Shown one piece after another: positions 17,746 to 27,321 of a DNA stretch of 27,662 bases. Within the stretch, counting starts at the first letter, position 1, and the number at the start of each line of letters is the position of its first letter. This DNA comes from Bdellovibrionota bacterium FG-1 (lineage in GTDB: Bacteria > Bdellovibrionota > UBA1018), in contig JBBCAW010000059.1 in assembly GCA_051382295.1 (NCBI GenBank), positions 1 to 27,662 on the forward strand, read 5' to 3'. The notes beneath the pieces are model-generated. The model ran no database searches. It was not told the DNA's origin and saw nothing but the letters and a program-made list of their open reading frames with translations. Position numbers and translations under genes: made by a program.

Positions 17746-19323
17746 ATGCCGTCCGACCGCACCCAACTCGCCAAGAAATGGTGGGCAAAGAATGTAAATA
17801 AACGACCCGTTTGGCGGACGGCGGACTTACCTGAACCTTGGTTCAAGGACATGCTAGTGCTTTTAAAACTAGCCTACGAAGTCCGCAGAGACACCCTTGT
17901 CCTCGGAAAACCAGAGACAGAACTCCCAACCCTCATTCGTTCCTATTTTTGGGAAATAGTCTCCTGCGTTCTTAAGCCATATATTCCATACACGATCACG
18001 GGGATCACGGCGGTCCATTCGTACCTGGGTAGCGAAAGCATCCCTAAAGAGCTCGATGTGCTAACACAAAGTTCAAGCACTCGGATTGACCTTCACGGAA
18101 TCTCTCTTTTAGTTCTAGAAAAGAATCCCGCTTTCTTTCAACGGAACCCTATCGACAGCCGTGTAAAATCGATCAAGACAAATAAGAATTATGAACTCGC
18201 CGTTGAGTCACCCGAAAGTCTTCTCGTTCGACTACGTCCTCAGATTCTGCGGGACTATCCCCAAGTAATGAGTGCGTTCCTAAAAGCAATCGATTTTAAG
18301 TCGGAAGCGCTGAGGACTCTGCTATTGCAAGAGAGTAGACCCATTGTGTATGCGCGGCTCGCGGCGCTTTTCGAGCAAATTGGGAAAAATGCAGAGTCGA
18401 AATTGATCCGAAGTACTGTGAAGATTACGACCCATTACTCGTCTCCAGGAAAATCTCAAATTCTAAAGTACCCCCTGCCGGCCACAGTCGCCTCATCAAG
18501 GCGGATATCCGATTCAGTCTATGTCACTCGATTTCGAGACCAATTACGTATCTACCGCGATCGCGTTGATGCCGAATTAAAAGACGTGAAGTTATCCCAT
18601 TGGGGCCTCAAAAATATTCTAGCCTATGCGGAACAGAGAAAAAAACAGGACACTTATCACTCGTCAACCATAGAAGGTTACGGAGTCACCCAAGAAGAAA
18701 TACAGGCACTCATCGAAGGTCGCGCCATAACTACAACCGGAGCCAGTCACGAAGAAATCGAACGAAAAATGGCGTTAAAAGGTTATCTCGAAGCGCACAA
18801 ATTCGTTCTACGGACCATTGCGGACCATTTCAAAAACGGCAACCCGGTAACAGAAGTCATCATACGCGAAATATACGCCCATCTATTTTTACCCTCGTTA
18901 GAGGCAGGGCTAGTCACCCAGGAACAGTTAACACGCTACAGAAATGACGCCGTATATAGTCAAAACTCCCGATATGTCCCGCCAAATCACCAAAAAGTAG
19001 ATAACCTCATGCGATGCATGGTCGAAGAGGTCAATGAAGTTGAAAACAAAGCAACCCGCGCATTACTTGTTCACTATGGTTTTGTCACCGTCCACCCCTA
19101 CTTCGATGGAAACGGTCGCGTAGCGCGACTCCTCATGAATTATGTTTTGAGCCTGGGCGGTATCCCCTGGATCACCATTCGTATCGAGGACCGAGACAAA
19201 TACTTTCAGGCTTTAGAAGTCGCTCAGTGCGATGAAAATATCGGTCCGTTTACTGGGTTCTTAAAGCGCTATTTCAAGGAGAAGGCGACTACCAACGATG
19301 ATAAGCAGGGTGTCCCGGCTTAA
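17746..19323 (+). CDS. Fic family protein with long N-terminal extension
   Basis: HPYFDGNGRVAR Fic motif; SSTIEG inhibitory-helix motif; AGGAG RBS. Confidence 0.93.
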   Translation: MPSDRTQLAKKWWAKNVNKRPVWRTADLPEPWFKDMLVLLKLAYEVRRDTLVLGKPETELPTLIRSYFWEIVSCVLKPYIPYTITGITAVHSYLGSESIPKELDVLTQSSSTRIDLHGISLLVLEKNPAFFQRNPIDSRVKSIKTNKNYELAVESPESLLVRLRPQILRDYPQVMSAFLKAIDFKSEALRTLLLQESRPIVYARLAALFEQIGKNAESKLIRSTVKITTHYSSPGKSQILKYPLPATVASSRRISDSVYVTRFRDQLRIYRDRVDAELKDVKLSHWGLKNILAYAEQRKKQDTYHSSTIEGYGVTQEEIQALIEGRAITTTGASHEEIERKMALKGYLEAHKFVLRTIADHFKNGNPVTEVIIREIYAHLFLPSLEAGLVTQEQLTRYRNDAVYSQNSRYVPPNHQKVDNLMRCMVEEVNEVENKATRALLVHYGFVTVHPYFDGNGRVARLLMNYVLSLGGIPWITIRIEDRDKYFQALEVAQCDENIGPFTGFLKRYFKEKATTNDDKQGVPA

Positions 19324-19771
19324 CCGCGACAAAGGTGCCCCGACAAGTCGCGCAAACTTTGCCACCCGCCGTGAGCGTGGCCTCCACTGTGGCACGGTCC
19401 TCTTTGGACTCGACGACATGCGCCGCCAGGTAAATGGGGCCGGCGGTGGGCGTGGGCCTCTTGAGTTGAATCGAATAATCAGCCGTCACCGTGTAAGGCA
19501 TCTCATTCACTCCCGCTTGCTTCATCAAATGCCAGGCCGCTGTCCAATTGGAGTGGCAATCCAGCAAGGCCCCGATGATTCCGCCATTGAGCATTCCAGG
19601 AAAGGCTTCGTGGTGTTTTTCAGCGGTCCATTCCGCGACCAATTCCGCTCCATGTTCGGCGACATGGCTTTGAATCCGTAAACCTTTGGAGTTAGCAGGG
19701 CCACAGCCAAAACAGATACTCAGGGGAGCGTATTGATCTTGAAGGCCCGGGGAGTTTGAAGGGTGAGACAT
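19289..19771 (-). CDS. PaaI family (hotdog-fold) thioesterase
   Basis: CFGCGPAN, NGGIIGALLDCH and LKRPTP motifs. Confidence 0.92.
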   Translation of the reverse strand: MSHPSNSPGLQDQYAPLSICFGCGPANSKGLRIQSHVAEHGAELVAEWTAEKHHEAFPGMLNGGIIGALLDCHSNWTAAWHLMKQAGVNEMPYTVTADYSIQLKRPTPTAGPIYLAAHVVESKEDRATVEATLTAGGKVCATCRGTFVAVKPGHPAYHRW

Positions 19772-19885
19772 GATCCAGCCCTATAACAAACGATAAGTCG
19801 GGAGTAAACGTATTGCCTCATACTTTATTATTGCACCGCGTTAAATTCATGGTATATACAGACTCTATCAGAAGGAGTGCGTTTC

Positions 19886-20266
19886 ATGAATGCCTTGAAA
19901 TTATTAACATTTTCACTTTGTCTCGGACTTACCCTCCCCCTGACCGCACACGCTGAAGGTTTCTGCCAAGTCCGCCGGTCCAATACCCAAGAACGCATTC
20001 TCACTTTTTTACCGGACGGACAGTTTCGAGTTAAAGCCGTCTATGCGGCAGATGCCAATCAAAACGAAATCACAATAATCACGCCCACGTTGGTCCAAAA
20101 AATAGACGAGCTCACCCTAAAAGTGAGCCGCAACACCGATGGATTTGCAATCACCGTCTTAGATGAAAACGGAGGCGAACTTTTCACGTCAACCCTCTCT
20201 CCCGCATCTTATTTCCACTTCAACTTTCTAAAATTCAAAAACCTATTTGAGCTGTCATGCAGCTAA
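19886..20266 (+). CDS. Hypothetical secreted protein
   Basis: AAGGAG RBS before ATG 19886; signal peptide ending AHA. Confidence 0.7.
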   Translation: MNALKLLTFSLCLGLTLPLTAHAEGFCQVRRSNTQERILTFLPDGQFRVKAVYAADANQNEITIITPTLVQKIDELTLKVSRNTDGFAITVLDENGGELFTSTLSPASYFHFNFLKFKNLFELSCS

Positions 20267-20271
20267 GGTGA

Positions 20272-20994
20272 ATGATGAACACCACCTCGAACCCCTTATT
20301 TTCGATTCGTTTGCTTGTGTTGGCCGCTTTTTCACTCATAACCACGGCCGCCGGGGCCGCCACCGAAGGCTTTTACCCCCTTTGGGAAACCACCGCCCAT
20401 ATTGAAAAGCATCGCGAAGCCTATATCGGCACGAATGGTGCGCACTATGGAATTTTAGATGTGGCGCAGGTCGGAGTCCAGCCCGTCAATTTCATCTACC
20501 GATCTCCCAATGTTTATGGAAAAATCAGCTTAGGACAAAGAGGCCAGTGGAGTTTTGCGACACAACTCGGCGCCTACTACCTCATGAGCGAATCCAGCCG
20601 CGCCTACTTTTCGCCCATGTACTCGTCGCGACTTGATAACCCCGACTTTTCGATCGTCCTTTTTCCGGTTTCGCTCAGCGCCAGCCTCGAGGTTTCTGAC
20701 TGGTTCGACCTGAGTCAGACTGTAACTGGCCTTAATGTCTATTCGCCACAGGGTGCTCTGCAAAACATGACTTACTTTGGCTACTCTGCGGTTGGTGAAT
20801 TCAAAACTCATTCACATCATTCGATGCTTCTTCATGCGAGCGAAGTCGGATTCTGGAACCATGACTTCAGCCTTTTGGGCATTTCCTACCGTTATCACAA
20901 TAGCTGGATGGAGTTTAGAATCGGGTATTTTTATCGACTTCGAACCGAAGGAGCACAAACCGCCCCTCTGATCGGCTTAGGGTTTGTGATTTAA
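20272..20994 (+). CDS. Hypothetical exported protein, probable outer-membrane beta-barrel
   Basis: Signal peptide ending AGA; amphipathic beta-strand pattern ending LIGLGFVI. Confidence 0.7.
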   Translation: MMNTTSNPLFSIRLLVLAAFSLITTAAGAATEGFYPLWETTAHIEKHREAYIGTNGAHYGILDVAQVGVQPVNFIYRSPNVYGKISLGQRGQWSFATQLGAYYLMSESSRAYFSPMYSSRLDNPDFSIVLFPVSLSASLEVSDWFDLSQTVTGLNVYSPQGALQNMTYFGYSAVGEFKTHSHHSMLLHASEVGFWNHDFSLLGISYRYHNSWMEFRIGYFYRLRTEGAQTAPLIGLGFVI

Positions 20995-22527
20995 ATGAAA
21001 ACAACGTTCAAAAACCTCCTTAAAACCCTGATCAGCGCGACTAAGGTCGCATTGTTTATGAGCGTTTTTTCGGGAGCCATGAGCGGTTGCGACTGGATTC
21101 AGTTTTCCTTTATCAACAGCATTCCGTTCAAAGCGAGCGCTGAAGGCAACCCGGACGTTTACATCTACTTGGGAGTCGATGGCCTTTCGTATCACACCGT
21201 CCAAGATGCCATGATCAAGGGAGGAGCTTTTTCATCTCCTGATTGGAAGCTTTCTAAACTCATCACGGCTTTTCCAGGCACCTCGGACTATAGCTGGACC
21301 CGCATCCTGCACACTGAAAAACTTGGCGGTTACGAAATTGAATACTACGACCCCACCAAAGACGTCGTATCCAATCATGGCATTTTAGGATTGGCCAAAC
21401 ACATCGCTCCTGACTTTGGCATTGGTCCCAACTTCGAATTCGAATACCTCAAGGCTTTTGACTACCGGGCCAATGGTTTTCTGCATTCACTGGAGGCCTA
21501 CCGCGACACTTTTGTGAGCATTGGTGAATCCCTCGATAATCTATTTTTCTTGTTGAGCGGGCGGATTCAGACAGCCCCGGTATTTTCAGCCTATTTGCTC
21601 GAGTACGATGTCATGGGCCACATGCAGACCCCCCAGGACACCACCCGTGCACTCAAGATGCTTTCGGATCGCATCGAGAAATTTATAAAAAATCACCCCG
21701 AGCGACGCATTCATTTTACGCTAATTTCAGATCACGGGATGGATTTTATCCGGGTCAAAGGCGATCGCTTTGTGCGCATGTCCGATGAACTGAGCAAAGT
21801 GGGGATCACCCCCGTGGACTCGCTGATCGGTCATGACCCCAAAAAAGAGCTCTATGCGATTCCGATCATGCACACCCGCGTGACTTACGTGGCACTCCAC
21901 ACCCATCCCGACCTCATTCAAGAAGTGGCCGGTCGCGTATCCAACCTCGCCTCGGTCGACCTGGCCATCTCCACAGTCAAAGCCCCCGAAAAGGCGCCCG
22001 CCGGTAGCACCAGTCCACTGGAATGGACTGGAATTTGGGCCGATGGTAAAATCGCTATTCAGTTTGGATTTGATCCCACCACCAATCAGTATTTTTTTCC
22101 GGCGCACCAAAATTACGCCCGTTTAGACGTCCCACTTCAAGAAGATCAAGATCTTTCCATGAGTGATGATGCCCTTTTTGCATTGATGAAGGACCGTAAA
22201 TATCCTGACCTCTTTTACCGAGCCAGAACCTCGATCGCACCGGTAGGGCTAGAACACCCAGCGGATGTTCTGGTGTCATTCAAACCCACTTTTTGTTCAC
22301 TCGGGTTTTCTCTCCCGGGCGCTGACGACATTGCGAGCGCGGGTTTTCACGGCGCAATGGAAGAACTCGGCACTCTAGGAACCCTTTTGACCAACGAACG
22401 CATTGTCCCTGATGCCGTTCGCGCAGACACGGTTTTAGACCTCTTTCCAAAATTTAAGCAACATATACGCGATATAGGCGCAAGTTACGTGGAAGGCGAT
22501 CCCAATGCCTCGCTCAAAAATCTCTAA
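20995..22527 (+). CDS. Alkaline phosphatase superfamily (type I phosphodiesterase/NPP-like) protein, probable lipoprotein
   Basis: GVDG, FPGTS, DVMGH, ISDHG and GFHG metal-site motifs; MSGC lipobox-like site. Confidence 0.85.
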   Translation: MKTTFKNLLKTLISATKVALFMSVFSGAMSGCDWIQFSFINSIPFKASAEGNPDVYIYLGVDGLSYHTVQDAMIKGGAFSSPDWKLSKLITAFPGTSDYSWTRILHTEKLGGYEIEYYDPTKDVVSNHGILGLAKHIAPDFGIGPNFEFEYLKAFDYRANGFLHSLEAYRDTFVSIGESLDNLFFLLSGRIQTAPVFSAYLLEYDVMGHMQTPQDTTRALKMLSDRIEKFIKNHPERRIHFTLISDHGMDFIRVKGDRFVRMSDELSKVGITPVDSLIGHDPKKELYAIPIMHTRVTYVALHTHPDLIQEVAGRVSNLASVDLAISTVKAPEKAPAGSTSPLEWTGIWADGKIAIQFGFDPTTNQYFFPAHQNYARLDVPLQEDQDLSMSDDALFALMKDRKYPDLFYRARTSIAPVGLEHPADVLVSFKPTFCSLGFSLPGADDIASAGFHGAMEELGTLGTLLTNERIVPDAVRADTVLDLFPKFKQHIRDIGASYVEGDPNASLKNL

Positions 22528-23488
22528 ACCCGCTCGACTGCCCCGCACCATCCGTATTCTAGTATTGACCCTGGCTTTGGTGATCGTTTTTTTGATGGGT
22601 TGGCGCGTGCACAATCAGCCTTCGCCACTGGCTGCGTCCTCTCCTCTGCCGTCTATCGTCATAAATACCAATTCACTCCTCCGGTTGGTGAGTTACAATA
22701 TCTATAATCGGCCCTGGGAACGCGGAGCGCGCCTGGATACTCTTTTAGAAACTCTGCGTGAACAAAACGCCGACATCATTGCGCTTCAAGAGGCCGCCAC
22801 GGGGTGGATTTTGCCTGGAGATCCGTCGGAATACCTCGCGCAAGCGCTCGGAATGAAGCGCATCCGTTATTGGCACGAACAGAACGGAGGAATTTTCAAG
22901 ACGGGAATATCAGTGCTATCGCGATATCCCATTTTGTCGTCCGTTTATCACGAATTCGCCCGGCATGATTTTTGGGATGCCAAAGGCTATGTATGGGTGC
23001 GAATCCAAACTCCCCAAGGGGTCTTGCAACTCGTTAATTTGCATATGGCCTCAACGAGTGACTCTTCGGTGACCCAGGACGAATGGCAGGAGTTGGCGCG
23101 ATTTATTGAGCCCCTGACTCATCAAGGACCGGTTCTCATTATGGGAGATTTTAATACCGAACCGACCCACCCCGCACTGAAGGCGTTTATGACCCATACT
23201 CACGCTCAATGGGTTTATGAAGGACGCTCAGATCTGAACCACCTTCGATCTTGGACGCCGGATTATCGCGATGATTGTAGCGAACCCAGCAGCGCCAACG
23301 CGCAACTACTCGACCATGTCTTTGTGGTTCCGGGGGTAGTTCCGGCGGGGGTCCCAGCGACGACGTCGCACTCGGCGCCAAAACTGAAACTCACGGCAGG
23401 TCAAATTTTGAGACCGACTCGCCTACCCCACCCTTCGGATCACTGTCCGATCGCGGTGGGTCTCTCTTTTGTGGGAGGGGTCCGCTAA
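22505..23488 (+). CDS. Endonuclease/exonuclease/phosphatase (EEP) family protein, membrane-anchored
   Basis: SYNI, DIIALQE, NLH, MGDFN, LDHVF and SDHCP motifs; N-terminal TM segment. Confidence 0.92.
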   Translation: MPRSKISKPARLPRTIRILVLTLALVIVFLMGWRVHNQPSPLAASSPLPSIVINTNSLLRLVSYNIYNRPWERGARLDTLLETLREQNADIIALQEAATGWILPGDPSEYLAQALGMKRIRYWHEQNGGIFKTGISVLSRYPILSSVYHEFARHDFWDAKGYVWVRIQTPQGVLQLVNLHMASTSDSSVTQDEWQELARFIEPLTHQGPVLIMGDFNTEPTHPALKAFMTHTHAQWVYEGRSDLNHLRSWTPDYRDDCSEPSSANAQLLDHVFVVPGVVPAGVPATTSHSAPKLKLTAGQILRPTRLPHPSDHCPIAVGLSFVGGVR

Positions 23489-23605
23489 GCCTATCCGGTC
23501 TCCACTCATGTTAACGCTCCTCATCATGACGATGAGAAATGCATTGAGCCAGTTGCCCCTCTAGACAGCCCTCCCCTTTTAGGCTAAGTACAAATCCTTA
23601 CCCAT

Positions 23606-23692
23606 GGCTCTGTGGCGGAATTGGTAGACGCGCACGACTCAAAATCGTGTATCCTTACGGGTGTGAGAGTTCGATTCTCTCCGGAGCCACCA
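23606..23692 (+). tRNA. tRNA-Leu (anticodon CAA)
   Basis: 87-nt cloverleaf GGCTCTGTGGCGGAATTGGTAGACGCG-CACGA-CTCAAAA-TCGTG...GTTCGATTC...GGAGCCACCA with long variable arm. Confidence 0.96.
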
Positions 23693-23752
23693 TAAAGTCC
23701 TTCAAAAACAATATCTTACAACTAAACCACTCACTCCCCCAATGGGGTACTC

Positions 23753-24868
23753 TTATCCATTTTCCGATTTGGGAAACATTTGGGAAACTCCGTTTTCCGG
23801 TGATCCATCTGGGAACATCTGAATCACTTTTGCGACCCTACCCACCCGTTCACCTTTGTCGTGAATGTAGCCATCAGTGACCGCACTGGTCGAGTGATTG
23901 AGAAGTATCCGCATGTCATCGCGACTCGCGCCGTTTGCCATGTAAATCTCCGAACACGAATGCCGGAGACCGTGGCTGCTGAGAGACTTGACCCCTGCCT
24001 CCCGGCAGTAGCGTTTCAACGCCTTGTAGTAGGTGTGGTACGAGAGGAACTCGCCGCTCTCTGACACCACCACAAACTCACTCTTGGAGACCAGCTTTTC
24101 ACTCTTCATGACCGCTAAGAGTTCTGGAGGCATCTCAATCGTCTGCCACCTTTTACCCTTGGGGTAGTCTCTAAAGATCTTCTCTCGCCGAACGTAGGTT
24201 GATCTGATTTGAATCAACCCCCGTTGTAGATCGACTGACTCCCACTTCAGTGACTGAATCTCACCGATCCGTCGCCCCACCATCACGCCAAGCCATACCG
24301 CCACTTCGTAGGACTTTCCCCTTACTGCCTGAAGAAGTTTTTTAGCATCTTCAGGCTCAAGGTAGCTTGCCTCCTTCTTAGGGAGATTGGGTTGAAGCTT
24401 TTTGATCACTGGATTGGTCGGCAGCACCTGAAACATTTCCACTGCGTCTCCAAACAGTTTACGCATTAACACGTAGACATGCTTTTTCATCGAAGCAGAC
24501 AGCTTTTTTTCAGAGGCCGCACTCAGTACCCTCGAAATGTTCGCCGGTGTGATCTGCCGCAACCGCATCATCCCAATGACAGGGCTGATATGATCGCGAT
24601 ACATCTGAATTTGACTACTCCTCCAACCTGCGGACGCACTAGTATTTCGCGTCTCTTGGTCCCATGCCGAAAAGTAATCATCAAGGATGAGATCTCGGTT
24701 CAGATTAGAAACCACACTGCCGCTTGTCTTTTGAATTCGAAGTTCAGCCTCGCGCTTTTGAGCATCGCCTTTACGCTCAAACGTTTCGGTCACCCAACTT
24801 CCGTCAGAACCTTTAACCTTTACCTGATAACTCGGACCGTTCTTTCCATTCCGTCTATTTATCGCCAT
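23753..24868 (-). CDS. Tyrosine recombinase/phage integrase
   Basis: GRRIGEIQSLKW (R), PKGK (K), HGLRH, LNHS and TDGYIH (Y) catalytic set; N-terminal arm-binding-like region. Confidence 0.95.
   Translation of the reverse strand: MAINRRNGKNGPSYQVKVKGSDGSWVTETFERKGDAQKREAELRIQKTSGSVVSNLNRDLILDDYFSAWDQETRNTSASAGWRSSQIQMYRDHISPVIGMMRLRQITPANISRVLSAASEKKLSASMKKHVYVLMRKLFGDAVEMFQVLPTNPVIKKLQPNLPKKEASYLEPEDAKKLLQAVRGKSYEVAVWLGVMVGRRIGEIQSLKWESVDLQRGLIQIRSTYVRREKIFRDYPKGKRWQTIEMPPELLAVMKSEKLVSKSEFVVVSESGEFLSYHTYYKALKRYCREAGVKSLSSHGLRHSCSEIYMANGASRDDMRILLNHSTSAVTDGYIHDKGERVGRVAKVIQMFPDGSPENGVSQMFPKSENG
23767..23816. repeat. Tandem 11-bp repeat ATTTGGGAAAC x2 plus variant ATCTGGGAAC; candidate integrase arm-type sites
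   Basis: Copies at 23767-23777, 23778-23788 and 23807-23816, near the att end. Confidence 0.6.
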
Positions 24869-25238
24869 GCTCTGTCCCTTTCCATTTGGGATCAGCACGG
24901 CTCGCATTTACTCTGGTTTTCAAAGATCGCCTTGAACGCTTTGTTTGTACTAAAATCACCGGACTCTGACAAGCCTGGGTTTCGACCTCAGTCTGAGCAT
25001 CAAAATAACTGCGCACTTTTTCAAGATCAAAGCGAAGATGCCGGCCAACTTTAATTTTGGGGAAATTAGGGCGGCTCACCCAGCAATAAACCGTATTGAT
25101 GCTGACTGAAAAAAATTCTGCCAACTCACCCGGAGTCAGCGGCTTGGCAAAGGTCAATACCTTGGGAACACTCTTGGTGGGATCATCTCCGGCACCAACG
25201 TGGTCGGGCGAGGAAATTTGTGTTGAGGGTGAAGTCAT
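24855..25238 (-). CDS. Excisionase-like winged helix DNA-binding protein (HTH_17 type)
   Basis: LTPGELAEFFSVSINTVYCWV...PKIKVGRHLRF; overlaps the integrase start; ATGA coupling to the upstream gene. Confidence 0.85.
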   Translation of the reverse strand: MTSPSTQISSPDHVGAGDDPTKSVPKVLTFAKPLTPGELAEFFSVSINTVYCWVSRPNFPKIKVGRHLRFDLEKVRSYFDAQTEVETQACQSPVILVQTKRSRRSLKTRVNASRADPKWKGTEHGDK

Positions 25239-25813
25239 GGTGCCCCCGACTGATTGCATTCAGAATAAACGTCGATCAGGTGTAAATATTCGGTAACCAG
25301 ATGTTCACTGATCCCCTGCGCTTCGGCGACGCGGTAGATCCAAGCGTTGTCATAATAGCGATCAATGCCGAGCTTGGCACGACTGCCTTTAAACTCTTCC
25401 TCCGACTTGAAAAACCCTTCCCACGACCTTACACCCATATAGACCATGACCAAATCGTATGAATGATCCAGGGCCAAGTAGGTCTTGCGAGACACCTTTG
25501 AACACCCAACAATGAATTCGCCCAGGCTTCCTACATCCGCCCGACCCTTCGACTTCGGGTTGTAAAGGTCAGGCAGTCCTGGTTGCTTGAACATTAATGA
25601 TAGAGGCAAACACGGCGCCCGGTTCTCGATCATCCAGGAAATCATCGCCTTGGCGTGCTTTGAAAACCGACCGCAGATATTGGGCCGAAGCCAATCGATC
25701 AAATGGGCGGCTCTAGCCTTCGCTGGGATCGCAACGTCGAACACGTCGATACCAATCACATCCTGCCAATTTGCGGGGCCTGCGGTGGTGGGCGTCGGCT
25801 TGTCGTTAAGCAT
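25235..25813 (-). CDS. Hypothetical protein
   Basis: 192-aa ORF with a GAGG RBS, coupled to its neighbours. Confidence 0.7.
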   Translation of the reverse strand: MLNDKPTPTTAGPANWQDVIGIDVFDVAIPAKARAAHLIDWLRPNICGRFSKHAKAMISWMIENRAPCLPLSLMFKQPGLPDLYNPKSKGRADVGSLGEFIVGCSKVSRKTYLALDHSYDLVMVYMGVRSWEGFFKSEEEFKGSRAKLGIDRYYDNAWIYRVAEAQGISEHLVTEYLHLIDVYSECNQSGAP

Positions 25814-25820
25814 GACCGCC

Positions 25821-26015
25821 TCACTTCTTGGAAAAGATGCCGAGAAGCCAGTAGCCGACGAAACACGTCCCGCACACCTTGTCAGCGATGACGTGGGCGG
25901 GGCTACGTGGGATCCAGTTGTTGTTAAGCGGAATGCACGGCTTGCGTTCCTTGCACCAGCCGCATTCGAACATTGGGATTGGGGGCAACTTCCTTGGCTT
26001 CGATTTCTTTTTCAC
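25821..26015 (-). CDS. Small basic protein with two CxxC motifs (possible Zn ribbon)
   Basis: CGWC...CGTC; GTGA overlap with the upstream ORF. Confidence 0.55.
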   Translation of the reverse strand: MKKKSKPRKLPPIPMFECGWCKERKPCIPLNNNWIPRSPAHVIADKVCGTCFVGYWLLGIFSKK

Positions 26016-26263
26016 AGGCCACCCCCATGCTCCGGCTGAGCCTTGAGAGCACCGCCATGTGCATCACGGGGGCTTTCGGAGTCCAGATACTTACTGAGCA
26101 CACCTTCCAACCCAGAGCGCCCGAGCGCACGAAGCACCCGGCTCCGAACATAGGACCATTGAGGATGATCCCGGAACGCGAGTTCTAGTAGATCAAGGAC
26201 CTGCTTGCGAGTAGTGACGATTGAAGCCTGAACTTCGGCCAGAGATTCTTGTGGGGTTTCCAT
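26012..26263 (-). CDS. Hypothetical small helical protein
   Basis: 83-aa ORF with an AGGT RBS-like site, in operon context. Confidence 0.7.
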   Translation of the reverse strand: METPQESLAEVQASIVTTRKQVLDLLELAFRDHPQWSYVRSRVLRALGRSGLEGVLSKYLDSESPRDAHGGALKAQPEHGGGL

Positions 26264-26307
26264 TCCGCACCTGCCTTTCAGGTGTAGTAAGGGAACCAGG
26301 ACAGAAG

Positions 26308-27321
26308 TTAATTTTCGTCGGAATCAAAAAGAGGACCTTTTCTCAAAACCGCGTATGGGCGAGCCTGCCCGAAGTCATGAATTTTGGAATCGTACCGGAC
26401 TTCACCGCCCCGTCTAAACTTTGTAGCTACCCCTTTTTTATGGGCATCCTGATGGTGTTTCCATGCGTCATAATCCTTAAGTTCAGCATAACGATCCGCG
26501 AAGGTCGCTGCGAACATGAGCAATTTTTTGGTAATATAAAGGGGCGGGGCTTTGCCCTCGACAAAAACAGTTCGATCAAACTCATCTTTTTCAACCGAAC
26601 TAAGCTGTCCGTAGAGCGAGGGAATCGCACCACGGAGCGCTGGTACACAACCACCGAGCCAGTCCTTCCACGGGCCTTGGCTGGTGTACCATAAGAACAG
26701 TTCACGTTTAGTTGCCTCAGGATGTGAGCAAGACGAAAGCAAGAGCGCAAAGGCTGGGTGTTCCATCAAATGTTGAATACTCTTGTCAAATGCCCTATGC
26801 GCCCTTTGCCATGCCAAGAAAACAAAATATTCATATGAAGTCGTATCAACCCCGGCGGGAGGAATTTTTCGCTCAAACGCCCTTGCTGCCGTATCAGGAG
26901 ATGATTCTTCATTTTCAGACAAAAATTCACATACTTCAACCCACGCTTTATCAAGATCAATTGACTTGGACTTCAATAGTATTGGCAAAAAACCCCTCTG
27001 AATCTCGGATGGAAGATAACAGTTCCAGGCTTTTTCTGAATCCAATTCTCCCAAGCTGTCCCATGAAGTGGTAAACGGAATTTCAGCAACTGAAAAGGCG
27101 GCCGCAAAGAACTGCGCCTCGGACTCTATCTCTCGGGAGGAGATCACCTTCCCAAGCAGCACGATCATTTGAAGCTCGCGAAGGGCACGGAGGTCCGTGC
27201 CCTCCTTGACAGTCTCCATAACCCGTTTAACCCACTTTTCAAGAAAGTCTCCGACATTAATAGCAACTCGCCTGAACTTCACATCAGATTGATCAAGCGT
27301 AGGCTCGCCCAGTCCTGGCAC
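26308..27321 (-). CDS. Hypothetical protein, possibly 5'-truncated by the IS
   Basis: 337-aa ORF whose frame stays open upstream until a TGA inside the putative IS end. Confidence 0.7.
   Translation of the reverse strand: MPGLGEPTLDQSDVKFRRVAINVGDFLEKWVKRVMETVKEGTDLRALRELQMIVLLGKVISSREIESEAQFFAAAFSVAEIPFTTSWDSLGELDSEKAWNCYLPSEIQRGFLPILLKSKSIDLDKAWVEVCEFLSENEESSPDTAARAFERKIPPAGVDTTSYEYFVFLAWQRAHRAFDKSIQHLMEHPAFALLLSSCSHPEATKRELFLWYTSQGPWKDWLGGCVPALRGAIPSLYGQLSSVEKDEFDRTVFVEGKAPPLYITKKLLMFAATFADRYAELKDYDAWKHHQDAHKKGVATKFRRGGEVRYDSKIHDFGQARPYAVLRKGPLFDSDEN

Noticed and set aside
26711..26719. GTTGCCTCA, a partial match to the IS end motif
   Set aside because: Only 8 bp match, inside a coding region, which is expected by chance.
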